Below the pieces are notes generated by a model that had not been told where the DNA came from, made no database searches, and saw nothing but the letters and a program-made list of their open reading frames with translations. DNA of 64,000 nt. It comes from an uncultured Candidatus Saccharibacteria bacterium (GTDB lineage: Bacteria; Patescibacteriota; SICC01). Every line of letters begins with the position of its first letter. Position 1 is the stretch's first letter. Below are positions 26,961-36,725 of this stretch, in pieces. The position numbers were made by a program, and so were the translations under genes. Location: positions 1,351 to 65,350 of the forward strand of contig CAYZCS010000001.1 of NCBI GenBank assembly GCA_964476895.1, read 5' to 3'.

Positions 26961-27266
26961 ATGCCCCAGGGACCTTCGATGCTGATCCAGTACATCGTCC
27001 GGACCGGCGAGGAAGCGGCCGTGAAAACGGCGGTCGAGCGGTTCGTCGCGGCGATCGCCGAGCATGAGCCGGAGACCCGTTACGAGTCGTGGCTCAAGGA
27101 AGACGGGCGCTCGTTCGCGCACCTGATGACGTTTGCCGACGCGGCCGCGCAGGAGCGGCACAAGGGCGCCGACTACACCAAGGAATTTGTCGCCGTGCTG
27201 TACCCGGCGTGCGAGGAAGAGCCGACGTACGAACCGGTGACGTTAGTCGCGTCAGCCCGCGAGTAG
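26961..27266 (+). CDS. ABM-domain (antibiotic biosynthesis monooxygenase-like) protein
   Basis: about 100 aa; the pattern suggests an alpha+beta barrel (MLIQYIVRTGEEAAVKTAVERFVAAI ... FAHLMTFADAAAQERH). Confidence 0.5.
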   Translation: MPQGPSMLIQYIVRTGEEAAVKTAVERFVAAIAEHEPETRYESWLKEDGRSFAHLMTFADAAAQERHKGADYTKEFVAVLYPACEEEPTYEPVTLVASARE

Positions 27267-28421
27267 CTTCCCTGCCTCGGTGATCACGGCGACCTTCGGG
27301 AGCGGCCGCGCGTTGTAGGTAGAGGCCATCGTCTCGCCGTACGCGCCGGCGGTGCGGATCGCGAGAAGGTCGCCGATCCGGGGCGCCGGAAGCGGGCGGT
27401 CCTTCGCGAAGACGTCCCCCGATTCGCAGACGTTCCCCGCCACCGTGACCCTCCGGCGGCGGCCGCGCGGATTGGTCGCATTCTCGATGTGGTGGTACGA
27501 GCCGTACATCGCCGGGCGCAGCAGCTGGTTGAAGCCGGAATCCACGCCCACGAACGTCTTGTGCGGCGTGACCTTGTAGTCGGTCACGGTCACGAGGAGC
27601 GTCCCAGCTTCCGCCACCAGGTAGCGGCCAGGCTCGAATGCCAGCCGTGGTTCGTAGCCCGCTTCTGCCGTGAACGCCGCCATCGTCTTGTCTATCAGTT
27701 TGCCAAGCTCCGAAATGTTCAGCCGCGGCTCGCCGGGCTGGTACGGCACGCCGAATCCCCCGCCGAAGTCGATATAGTCGAGCGTGTCGAACTGCCGCGC
27801 GGTACCGAGCAGCGCCCGCATCGCTTTGGCGAACAGCGGCGGATCCAGTACGTTCGAGCCGATGTGCTGGTGGATGCCGCTGATCTTCCGGCCGTACTTC
27901 GCGGCGATCCGCTTGGCATCCTTCACCTGGCCGGGATCGATCCCGAACTTGCTGTCCGGCCCGCCGGTCATCACGTGTTTGTGGTGTCCGCCGCCGATCC
28001 CCTGGTTGATCCGCACGCCGAGCGGCCGGCGCTTGGGGAGCCGCTTCGCGAGGTATTCGAGCTGGTGGAGCGAATCCGCGTTCACGGTGGCGCCGCCGCG
28101 GATGGCCGCGTCCAGGTCCGCCGGACTCGCGCTGGCACAGGTGAACGCGATCTGCTTCGGCGTGAAGCCGGCCTGCTTCGCCAGCTGCACCTCGCCCGGG
28201 CTGACCGTTTCCACGTCCGCACCGAGCCGCCGGAGGAGCCGGAGCACCCGCGGGTTCGCGTTCGCCTTCATCGCGTAGTGGATCTCAAGCTTCGGGTAAC
28301 GGATCGCACGGGCCAACTCGCGGTACCGATCCGCGATCACGCGCTCGTCGTACACGTAGAGCGGCGTGCCGAACCGCTTCGCCGCCCGCTTCAGTTCGGT
28401 AAGTCCGGTCGCCTCACGCAT
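27252..28421 (-). CDS. lysA: diaminopimelate decarboxylase
   Basis: YAMKANANP PLP-lysine motif and fold-III decarboxylase motifs (GGGFGVPY, CESGD). Confidence 0.85.
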   Translation of the reverse strand: MREATGLTELKRAAKRFGTPLYVYDERVIADRYRELARAIRYPKLEIHYAMKANANPRVLRLLRRLGADVETVSPGEVQLAKQAGFTPKQIAFTCASASPADLDAAIRGGATVNADSLHQLEYLAKRLPKRRPLGVRINQGIGGGHHKHVMTGGPDSKFGIDPGQVKDAKRIAAKYGRKISGIHQHIGSNVLDPPLFAKAMRALLGTARQFDTLDYIDFGGGFGVPYQPGEPRLNISELGKLIDKTMAAFTAEAGYEPRLAFEPGRYLVAEAGTLLVTVTDYKVTPHKTFVGVDSGFNQLLRPAMYGSYHHIENATNPRGRRRRVTVAGNVCESGDVFAKDRPLPAPRIGDLLAIRTAGAYGETMASTYNARPLPKVAVITEAGKLLAG

Positions 28422-28645
28422 GCGTCCATTCTGGCATATTATTAAGCGTCGCCCGCTGTTTACCTTCAAAACAAGAGAAAGGATCCGCATGGAGACGGAG
28501 ATACTAGGTATCGTCACGATGGACGAGCAAGGAAGAGTCACCCTCGACGGCAGGCAGCTGCCGCTTGGCGCCGGCGATGCTTTCACGGCCACTGGAGCAC
28601 CCCGCTTGGTTTACTTTTTGCCTTTATTAAGTAATATATCTAGCT

Positions 28646-29353
28646 ATGCCTTATCCAGAGCTGTCCGCTTATAGCCAAGAAGACCCTCCCGACCGCTTTC
28701 AACATCGACTGGAAGACGATGTACTACGCACTTGCTTCGGCGAGCGTTCCGGTTATTTCCGAACTGAGATAAATCGGTCAATCGATTGCTATGCAATGGA
28801 TTTCTGTGAAAACGCTTCTTTGCTGCGTGAAGCACGGAAGCATCTCGAGGAGACAGGGAGCATCGCGGTCTTGGACGTGGGTTGTGGCACAGGCCAAGCG
28901 CTATGGAGTTTCCGAGAGTATCTTACACGCCGTGACGACTACGAACCGGACGATCGGCTCACCTTGGTGGGCATCAACATAGACGATTTTCGCAACGAAG
29001 CGGAGAGATGGAAACCCCGTAAAGCAATCAAGGAAGGAATCATTGATTACATTGTCGGTGATGCGCGGATCGTGACGCCACGTCAGGAATTCGACATCAT
29101 TTTTTGCTACGAGGTGCTGATCCACATGTCCGATGAGGATGCGGCGGCGGTCCTTCGAAACACAGAACGAGCGCTTAAGCCGGGCGGCACCATGTACTTC
29201 GGATTCCATCTCGAGCAACTTGAAAGTGAAACGATTGCCGAATACCTCAGGGAACTGAGAGGGTCGGGTGAGGTAGCGGAAAATCTCGTAGAGAATGAAT
29301 TCAGCACGACACGTGCGTTCGTGACGTTTAAGAAAGCCGCCTCCGACCATTGA
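28646..29353 (+). CDS. class I SAM-dependent methyltransferase (small-molecule type)
   Basis: VLDVGCGTGQ motif I; no DNA-MTase DPPY/NPPF motif; GC about 50%. Confidence 0.6.
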   Translation: MPYPELSAYSQEDPPDRFQHRLEDDVLRTCFGERSGYFRTEINRSIDCYAMDFCENASLLREARKHLEETGSIAVLDVGCGTGQALWSFREYLTRRDDYEPDDRLTLVGINIDDFRNEAERWKPRKAIKEGIIDYIVGDARIVTPRQEFDIIFCYEVLIHMSDEDAAAVLRNTERALKPGGTMYFGFHLEQLESETIAEYLRELRGSGEVAENLVENEFSTTRAFVTFKKAASDH

Positions 29354-29386
29354 CTTTCCCGCCTAACAATCGTACAATCCGCGCAC

Positions 29387-29820
29387 GGGGATGCACCGGA
29401 TTCGACGGTGGCGTACCTTGACAGGTTGCCGGCCGAGGACGAACGCTCACCTCGCTAATCACGCGTTCAACGGCATTACAACTGCCAACTTCAAAGAGAA
29501 GCTTAGCGGTGTTGTCGCTTCCGCCCGGGAAAGCATTGCTTCCCTGAGCGATGCGTTCGCCCCGCGACAGCTCTCTCCCATCCGGGCGTAATACCCCGGA
29601 TCGTGCCCGCGCGAGCGCCCGGCTCGCACGGTAGCGCGTCATACTCCGGGCTCATCCGGATTCCCTAGTCTCAGGAAATTCGGAGACACGTTTGAGACTG
29701 GGTAGGCTGCGTTTCGTCCGCTTTCGAGCAGCCTGCTGACAGCAAAAAGTGGACTATGCCGGTAGATCGCCTTTCAACGGTCTCCATCGGACGGGGGTTC
29801 GACTCCCCCCATCTCCACCA
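29387..29820 (+). ncRNA. ssrA: tmRNA (transfer-messenger RNA)
   Basis: 5' GGGGATGCACCGGATTCGACGG pairs with 3' ...GGACGGGGGTTCGACTCCCCCCATCTCCACCA (tRNA-like domain, T-arm, CCA encoded); the tag frame is not resolvable with confidence. Confidence 0.8.
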
Positions 29821-30064
29821 AGCGGCTCTCTGAGCTCACCGGCAATACGCTTGCCGTAAGAAAAATAGCTTTGGAAAGAGATTGGATCGAGAATCACTAC
29901 TGCTCGCAAGAAACGCGATACTTAGGAGCAGCTAGAAAGGAGTTGCCAGTACCTATGCCGGTTTCATTGAGCAAGAATGGCGGCGACTCACTGTTGCAAC
30001 ATTAAGAGACTGACAAAAAGGCCCTGGCATAAAGCTCGAAGATATTTTCAAAGTCTTGTAGCAT

Positions 30065-32023
30065 CTACACGCTAGTCACCTGCTCAACCAGATCCTCTGC
30101 TGTGGCTTCTTTCGATATTTTCTTTTTTTGAAATTCAAGTTGTTTTAGCACAAAATCTAACCGCAAATTCACTTCTGTAAAAATTTCACTCCAGGTTTTT
30201 ACGTAAATTTCATAGTTGTCGACACTCTGAATAAGTGATTTCTTGCCATGAACTTTGGCACTTTTTTGCTCTCGTTTTATATAACCCGAGGTGTCAAATT
30301 TGTTCCCCACTAGATAAAACTCCCACTTCATATTTGGAGCATTAAATTCACTCTGCTCAAGAATGACCCCCATGTACTTTTTAACCTGATCCAGCTCTTT
30401 GGCTCCGAGCCTAACCGTAGGCTTTTTGAGTTCCACCACGATGTTATGAATCTCATCATTTTCTTTTAGCTGTCGACAAAGAAATATATCCATTTGCTTA
30501 CGCTTGTCTGGATGGTCAATTTTGACGTTCTTCTTTTCGTCTCGTAAAAGATATAAGTACCGACGAAGAGCCTCTTCAAATACTGGCTCTGCCTCTGTGA
30601 CTAGATGGAATCTTTCCCCAAAAATCCAATAAGACGAAGCTACGATTGTTTGAACATGCGGCACTTCTTTAGCTCTAACATTGTCGTCAAAAACAAGTTT
30701 CTTTAGAGCCTGCAAGTCTTTGTTTCGTCTCTCAAGCATTCGAGTCGTCGCGACCATGCGTGACATATTTGTACTTTGCAGAAGCTCAGCCAATTCCCTG
30801 CGCTCGCTTCTATCAAGATCTACTATTTCCTCAATAATTTTTAGTAGATTTTCCGTTTCATTAGTGTCGATTAAGAGATTCAATAAGCCAACAAAGGTCT
30901 TTTTTTGCTCAATGTTGAGTGTAGAAAAAATTTTAGGCTCGAGCTTGTAGAGGTCCTTAACTAAAACCTGAAGATGCTCTTTTCTAATTTGGTCAAATTC
31001 AGACTCAAGCTCCGGAAAGACCTTTTCGCTCTCATACTCTTTTACTAGATTGTCTGCATTGGTTTTTAGGAAAGGCTTTCTCAACTTTCTCAAATACCCC
31101 GAGAGTTCCTTCTGAAGAAACTTAAACTCAGGACTTGAACGATCAACCCCTATCAAAGTAGATTGATTTTTCTTTTCCTTTCCAAAGCCAAAGTTATCAA
31201 AGAACGAGGATTTGATGTAAACACTGTGATAAAAATCATCACCTTTTCTGTTCAAAGTAGTAAATTCTTTCCACTTTTCTTTATCTTTGGAGTCAATGTA
31301 GTAATACTGCGACCACTCCTTATTTAGACTTTCCTTCCATCGAACGTATGAGATATGAAACTTTGTATTGCTCTCTTCGTGAGTGAACTCTGTTTCCTTT
31401 CTGTCTCCAATCAATGCTGTGTAATCCAGCTCTTCTCCATTAATAAGAATCTTGAACGCTTTACTTTTATTTAGCTCTAAAAACCATCCAAACTCTCTTA
31501 CGAGGAAAGGTTGTAACTCTTGCTCGATCTGCGTTCTCGTAAAATCAAATATTGACGAAAGTATTACTTCTGTCCCTGGTTTTTCAGTAGTGATTTTTGG
31601 AGTCGTCGGATTAAAGAGATCGAGTCGTTTTGAATCAGCCTTAATCCGATACTTATGCCTCTTGCCAGCCTTCTTGTACACCGTTTCCCATGAAGCTTCA
31701 TTAGCAAACTTAAAGAAAGTTAGTCTGCCTACACCAGTTCGTCCGTGCAGTTGAGATTGATTGAAAGTTTTTTCGGCAAATTTCTCGGAATCATGAAATC
31801 TCCGAAATTTTTCTTCGAGCTTTGAGTGATCAATTCCATATCCATTGTCACGAATAGTGATAGAAGAAAGGTTGCCTATCGCATTACTATCAAATTCCAG
31901 TTCGACTTTGGTTGCATTGGCATCAAAGCCATTCCAAATGTACTCAGCAAGGGATCGATTTCTATCATAATTATCAAGAACCTGCTTGATACCCACCGAG
32001 GTAATTCGAACGCTTTTGCTCAT
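30065..32023 (-). CDS. GHKL-family ATPase (MORC/HATPase_c_3-like N-domain) with a C-terminal PD-(D/E)xK-like nuclease module
   Basis: Bergerat-fold boxes: N-box EYIWNGFDA, G1 IRDNGYGI, G2 HGRTGVGRL; C-terminal MDIFL...IVVELKKP (D...ExK pattern); 652 aa; 38% GC. Confidence 0.65.
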   Translation of the reverse strand: MSKSVRITSVGIKQVLDNYDRNRSLAEYIWNGFDANATKVELEFDSNAIGNLSSITIRDNGYGIDHSKLEEKFRRFHDSEKFAEKTFNQSQLHGRTGVGRLTFFKFANEASWETVYKKAGKRHKYRIKADSKRLDLFNPTTPKITTEKPGTEVILSSIFDFTRTQIEQELQPFLVREFGWFLELNKSKAFKILINGEELDYTALIGDRKETEFTHEESNTKFHISYVRWKESLNKEWSQYYYIDSKDKEKWKEFTTLNRKGDDFYHSVYIKSSFFDNFGFGKEKKNQSTLIGVDRSSPEFKFLQKELSGYLRKLRKPFLKTNADNLVKEYESEKVFPELESEFDQIRKEHLQVLVKDLYKLEPKIFSTLNIEQKKTFVGLLNLLIDTNETENLLKIIEEIVDLDRSERRELAELLQSTNMSRMVATTRMLERRNKDLQALKKLVFDDNVRAKEVPHVQTIVASSYWIFGERFHLVTEAEPVFEEALRRYLYLLRDEKKNVKIDHPDKRKQMDIFLCRQLKENDEIHNIVVELKKPTVRLGAKELDQVKKYMGVILEQSEFNAPNMKWEFYLVGNKFDTSGYIKREQKSAKVHGKKSLIQSVDNYEIYVKTWSEIFTEVNLRLDFVLKQLEFQKKKISKEATAEDLVEQVTSV

Positions 32024-32060
32024 ACGAGTATCTTACCAGTCAGACTTTTGCGATTTTCTT

Positions 32061-33080
32061 TCATGATTCAAATTTCCCAATCTCGGCATACCAATCAATT
32101 GTATCTACCAAATCTAGATCGCACGGCACAGGATTATCCTCGATAAATTTAGCCTCAAAATACTGGTTCCAGTAAGCTTCGGCTGATCGCCGAGGATGGT
32201 TTGCAAGCCACGAATCAAAGTAGTCGAAGTGAACGTCGTAGTGGTGTGTATGCATGAAGTCGTCCCACGTACCTTGCAACTGGTCAGCATCAGCACCTGG
32301 TCGGGCAATAATCTCGAACTGCTCAAATTCACGTTTTTCTTTTGAGCCCCAGCCCTTTTTTAGCTGCTCCATCGCTGCTACATCCGAATCTGGCGCGCGA
32401 TAACCAAAAACCGTTACCCATGCCGCGGATTTTAGTGCTTCCGTTAGACGCAGCCACTCGCTGGCGATAAACGGATTTTCCTCATAATTCTTCTCGTTGA
32501 CCGGATACAACAAGGGCACAGGACTGAAAGTTTTCTTGCAAACACTACAATTATTCCCAACTGTTCCGGCAATCCGATCTTTCTCGCATATCCCAACCAT
32601 GACATTGCCATGAAGAAACGCTAGCGGCGGCCGCGACAAAGTCCTCCGGCCACTTCTTGCGTAAGCTTGCATTAAAAGCGGATCCCAATTGAAGCTGGCA
32701 ATTAAGTCCTTATCTCGAAGTGACAAAATAAGGTGATCGTAGATTGTCGGATCATCTGGAATCTGGAAGCGCTCGTAATATTCATGAATGGCTTCATCTA
32801 TCTTGTCTGCAATCTCCGCTTTCGACCGATCCAACCGTAGATCTGAATAGGCAGACTCAAAATCCTCAACGTCGCCTAAGCCAGCCTCTTCCAGCAGAGG
32901 AGCAACAGTTTCTATTTTCGATAGACCTTTCATGTCAGTCGGTCGCTTCCCGTTCCTGTCTCCATTAGGCAGAGCAGCAATACTTGCGCCGGCGCCGAGA
33001 ATTACAACATGTGGCTTACCGGCAAAAGGCTTTTCAACCTCTTGCTCTTTAGTAACTTCAGAACCAGATGACGCTGCCAT
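32061..33080 (-). CDS. SIR2-like (sirtuin/DHS-like NAD-binding fold) protein
   Basis: VVILGAGASIA (GAGxS), FNWDPLL (TTNYD-like), LAFLHGN (catalytic HG), Cys-x12-Cys-x2-Cys, VTVFGYRAPDSD; 37 bp upstream of the GHKL gene on the same strand. Confidence 0.65.
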   Translation of the reverse strand: MAASSGSEVTKEQEVEKPFAGKPHVVILGAGASIAALPNGDRNGKRPTDMKGLSKIETVAPLLEEAGLGDVEDFESAYSDLRLDRSKAEIADKIDEAIHEYYERFQIPDDPTIYDHLILSLRDKDLIASFNWDPLLMQAYARSGRRTLSRPPLAFLHGNVMVGICEKDRIAGTVGNNCSVCKKTFSPVPLLYPVNEKNYEENPFIASEWLRLTEALKSAAWVTVFGYRAPDSDVAAMEQLKKGWGSKEKREFEQFEIIARPGADADQLQGTWDDFMHTHHYDVHFDYFDSWLANHPRRSAEAYWNQYFEAKFIEDNPVPCDLDLVDTIDWYAEIGKFES

Positions 33081-33124
33081 GCGCTAATCATAACTTTACC
33101 CGCGTCTGATTGCCGACTGCCGGT

Positions 33125-33580
33125 CTAGCTAAAACGATCAAGCCAAAGCTCTAGCACAAGCCGGGTGTTTCCTTGCTTCATTGCATTGACGTAGCTCTGC
33201 AAGTAATCAAGGTTAGATGCGAATAGCTTCATTTCCCCTTCCACCGCTTCAGAATCGTCCGCTGACAATCCCCACTCCCGCTTAAAGACGGCGGCCTCTT
33301 CCTCGGTCGCTTGCCCTTCACGCAAGCGCTTGAGGTGTCTCAATATCGTCAGATTGGCTTCCTGTTGCCCCTTGATCCAGTCGATCACCTGATGTGTCAT
33401 CCTGTTCGGTAATTCCCCCACTGGAGCAAGTCCGGAGAGGTCGTGAACAGGCTCTTCGTCCGTTTCTATCATTTCGACCCAGTTGGTTGGCCTTCTATCA
33501 TCGGCTTCCGCGCCGTCTACCAGCGAGTCGGCAGAATGAATCAGGACTTCATAGTCAGGGATTTGAAACTCTGTTGGCAT
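33125..33580 (-). CDS. hypothetical protein
   Basis: 151-aa ORF; GC about 52%. Confidence 0.45.
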   Translation of the reverse strand: MPTEFQIPDYEVLIHSADSLVDGAEADDRRPTNWVEMIETDEEPVHDLSGLAPVGELPNRMTHQVIDWIKGQQEANLTILRHLKRLREGQATEEEAAVFKREWGLSADDSEAVEGEMKLFASNLDYLQSYVNAMKQGNTRLVLELWLDRFS

Positions 33581-33670
33581 AGCCAGGCATAGTACCAGCC
33601 TTACCCCCTACATAGTAGTAAGCTCGATTACTTCACCGTGGCTACTTCAGCGACTGACCCGAAAAAGGAG

Positions 33671-34198
33671 TTAGCTCTCCGACAACGTGAACTCAACAGC
33701 CGTCTTGCCAGGCCCCCGCTCCCATAAATCGGTCACGACCGCCCCAGCAGCAGACAGCTGTTCGATTACGCGGTCGGGATCGGCAGTGATGACCTCGTGG
33801 GACTCCGTATCTCCGGGGTTTAATACCGCCGTGTCCTCTTCCTGGAGAACGTCCGCCAGCTCGATGCCGAACTGGAGCAAACGTTCGCTTGGCGTCTCGT
33901 GTAGCGTCACTTCCAGAACCGGTTTTCCCCTGTCATAGCCGGTTACCTTGTCCGCGTATCGCTGCCGGAAAGTCACCGGAGGGTGCGAGAATTCCCCGGC
34001 GCGATACAGCTTGGCCGTCACGGTGCCGACAGTGCTAATGGCGTCCGCATAACTTTCTACACGCCACTTGTCACTGCCCCCCAGCGCCTGCGTCAGACGA
34101 TCGGCGACAGGCTTCCTCGCACCTTTCGGGCGCCGCTTTGCCGCTTCTTTTGCTTCATGTTCCGCACGCCAAGCCGCCCTTCGTTCTGCTCGAGTCAT
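33671..34198 (-). CDS. hypothetical protein
   Basis: 175-aa ORF with a basic N-terminus. Confidence 0.45.
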   Translation of the reverse strand: MTRAERRAAWRAEHEAKEAAKRRPKGARKPVADRLTQALGGSDKWRVESYADAISTVGTVTAKLYRAGEFSHPPVTFRQRYADKVTGYDRGKPVLEVTLHETPSERLLQFGIELADVLQEEDTAVLNPGDTESHEVITADPDRVIEQLSAAGAVVTDLWERGPGKTAVEFTLSES

Positions 34199-34293
34199 TG
34201 CAATCCCATTGGTTTAGTAATACGACAAACAAGCTTAGCAAAAAACATTTATCCGTGGGAACCGGCTCACTGTAAGTTATCTCGTCGGTTCCA

Positions 34294-35154
34294 TCACGCC
34301 CCGACGGAAAAATGCTCGAGAATCTCCAGAATGCCGTTTTCGTCTACCGATGCACCGATGTACGAATTGCTTTCACCTTTGGCCCTTACCAGGTCCTTGA
34401 GTTCATTGGTGCCATTCTCCAATGTGGCCACATAGCCGCAGCGCTGCATGAATCCCCAATCGCTCGTACTGTCCCCGACGCCGAGCGCCTGTTCGAAAGA
34501 ACCACCAAGGTCCTTAAGCACCGCCTCGGCTCCGGCCTGTTTCGAACTACCCGGCGTGGTGACGATGCCGTACTGCAGGGGCAAAGCCACGGGATGCACG
34601 CCCCAGCTCAAGGAAACACGGTCGCCATACGTTTCCAGCAGTTTCCGGATGCGACCCTTGTCCGCCTCGTCCTGAGCGATCGGCATGACCTTGGTGACCT
34701 CTTCTTGAGCCGCCCGTTCCGGCAATGAGTCCACTACGACGGGTTCCCGCTGGAGTATCTGCGCATGCTTCGGCGTAATGTGCGAGACTTGGTCAGCCTG
34801 GATGAAGTAATCGTCCACCGTGTAGAACTCGACATACACGTCGTTCTCCAGGCAGGTAGCGAGGGTTTCCTTGACCAGATCCTGCGCCAAGACGTGCTTC
34901 TCGACGACGACGCCATCGATCGGATCGATGATCACGGCGCCCGCATCGGTGACATGCGGATTATCCAGTGCCGCGCCTTCGATGATGTCACCGATCGAGT
35001 AATGCGGCTTGGCAGTGCACAGTGAGATCGATACACCTGCGGCATGCAGCTGCTTCAATCTCTGCAGCACGTCGGGATGGGGCGAAGGGGTGTTGTAACC
35101 GACCTTCTCGCCGACGATCACGCCATCGATATCCAGAATGAGGTATTTAATCAT
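34294..35154 (-). CDS. HAD-superfamily hydrolase (Cof-like, subfamily IIB)
   Basis: LILDIDGV DxDG motif, cap domain, GDSTSD motif IV. Confidence 0.65.
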   Translation of the reverse strand: MIKYLILDIDGVIVGEKVGYNTPSPHPDVLQRLKQLHAAGVSISLCTAKPHYSIGDIIEGAALDNPHVTDAGAVIIDPIDGVVVEKHVLAQDLVKETLATCLENDVYVEFYTVDDYFIQADQVSHITPKHAQILQREPVVVDSLPERAAQEEVTKVMPIAQDEADKGRIRKLLETYGDRVSLSWGVHPVALPLQYGIVTTPGSSKQAGAEAVLKDLGGSFEQALGVGDSTSDWGFMQRCGYVATLENGTNELKDLVRAKGESNSYIGASVDENGILEILEHFSVGA

Positions 35155-35163
35155 GTGTCACTA

Positions 35164-35934
35164 CTAGGCGCTGAAAACGCCCTCCTTGAGTTCAATCAAC
35201 TCTTCGCACACCGCCTTGCTACCAGCGATGATATCCAACTGGCGGTAGTCGTAGGTTTCGCTCCCGATGTTCACGACCGTTCCGCCGGCCTCTTCCACCA
35301 GCAGGCATCCGGCCGCGTAATCCCACACCTGGCCGTAGCCGTCCTTCACGATGCGGGCATCGAACTTACCCGACGCTACCATCGCGTGCTCGAAGCCACT
35401 GTTCATGGTATTCACCAATTGGGTCCGATCGCGCAGCGCTTCGTACATCCCGTTCATCGCTTCCGGTTTCCCCTCCAATGCGATCATCGCCCGGCGCAGC
35501 GGCCGGTCGCTGACCTTTATGGCCTCACCATTCATGAACGCGCCCTCTCCACGGACGGCCGAATAGTAGCGATCGTTCACGAAGTCATAGATCGCCCCCA
35601 CCACCGCGTGCCCGTCTTCGACGTATGCCGCCATCACGGTGCAGAAGGGCATGCCGCGGATGAAGTGTTCGGTCCCGTCGATCGGATCAATCAACCAGAG
35701 GCGTTCCTCGCTCCCCTGTTTTCCGAATTCCTCACCATGGACTCCGACCCCTGGAGTAATCTCGAGCAATTCTTTCGCCAGGAATTCTTCGATCTCGTGA
35801 TCGAGCTGTGTGACCGTCGTCTCGTCGTCCTTCACGTCCACGCGCGCCACGGCACCGTAATACGGAAGCAGCTTCTCACCGGCCTTCTTCATGACCGGCT
35901 CGAGCGCCTGGGATATTTCGGTGTGTTCGGGCAT
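35164..35934 (-). CDS. inositol monophosphatase family protein
   Basis: WLIDPIDGT motif and the metal-binding EE...DP(I/L)DG pattern. Confidence 0.75.
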   Translation of the reverse strand: MPEHTEISQALEPVMKKAGEKLLPYYGAVARVDVKDDETTVTQLDHEIEEFLAKELLEITPGVGVHGEEFGKQGSEERLWLIDPIDGTEHFIRGMPFCTVMAAYVEDGHAVVGAIYDFVNDRYYSAVRGEGAFMNGEAIKVSDRPLRRAMIALEGKPEAMNGMYEALRDRTQLVNTMNSGFEHAMVASGKFDARIVKDGYGQVWDYAAGCLLVEEAGGTVVNIGSETYDYRQLDIIAGSKAVCEELIELKEGVFSA

Positions 35935-35981
35935 GGAGACTACTTAAGCGTCATCAGCGCGTCCCGCGCCATGTCCCTATC

Positions 35982-36647
35982 TTATGTCTTGCCGTCGTCA
36001 CGGGCCATTACGTCTTGCACTTTCAAGCCAACCTCTGCTGCCAGGTGCGGTGCCAGTAGCGCGAGCTGCAAAGAATCGATGACCGCGCCTTTCAGACTGG
36101 CGATGCCCCGGATACCCACGATATCGGATGACCGCAAATCCAGTCCCTTTGCACTGATGCCTGAAAACTCGACGTCTGCCAACTGACAACGCTCGAAAGA
36201 GACATGCTCGAATGTCGCACCCTGGAAGTCCGCCTCCCGCAAATCACACTCCTTGAAGCAGACACGTACGAACTTCGTGAACCGGAATGTCGCCAAATCG
36301 CACTTACTGTCGCTGATCACCGCGTCCCGCAGTTCGGACTCGTACAGCTTGATGCCGGTGAGCCGGCTGTCCTCGATGGTAATCCGGTGCATGCTCGCCC
36401 CGACACAATCAGCTGCGACTAGCTGGCAGGCGTTGAACGACGCATCCATCACGTCGAGCTTTTTCAGTTTCGCGCGAGACCAGTCGATTCCCTTGAGGCG
36501 TGCAGCATCGAACGACACATTGGGAAGATCGGCTTCTGCAAGATCCGATCCCTCTGCCCTGACGTTCTGGTAGCTACTTCCACCAACCATGCGTTTGAGT
36601 GGTTCCAGCGAACCCGTGATGTTCGGACGAGTAATGGACCGTGCCAT
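35982..36647 (-). CDS. pentapeptide-repeat protein
   Basis: tandem A(D/N)LxxAxL-type pentapeptides throughout. Confidence 0.7.
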   Translation of the reverse strand: MARSITRPNITGSLEPLKRMVGGSSYQNVRAEGSDLAEADLPNVSFDAARLKGIDWSRAKLKKLDVMDASFNACQLVAADCVGASMHRITIEDSRLTGIKLYESELRDAVISDSKCDLATFRFTKFVRVCFKECDLREADFQGATFEHVSFERCQLADVEFSGISAKGLDLRSSDIVGIRGIASLKGAVIDSLQLALLAPHLAAEVGLKVQDVMARDDGKT

Positions 36648-36725
36648 GTATCCACTCTACTGCCCGCTTGGTGGAACAGCTAGCAGGGTCGACGCCGCGC
36701 TTAAGGCTCCCTATTAGTACTTTAT

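Larger units (their letters stand above)
29821..33120. mobile_element. AT-rich (about 38% GC) foreign cassette next to the tmRNA 3' end (genomic island; no integrase found in the window)
   Basis: about 27-point GC drop relative to flanks; tmRNA 3' ends are classical island attachment sites; no second att repeat could be found. Confidence 0.45.

Noticed and set aside
28646-29353. Methyltransferase next to the island as a restriction-modification component
   Set aside because: The motif pattern (VLDVGCGTG with no DPPY/NPPF/SPPY target-recognition motifs) fits a small-molecule class I MTase, and no restriction endonuclease partner is adjacent.
29391-29591. 66-aa ORF inside the tmRNA
   Set aside because: It lies wholly within a structurally defined tmRNA (tRNA-like ends, CCA). 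It is at most the tag-encoding frame, not an independent protein gene.
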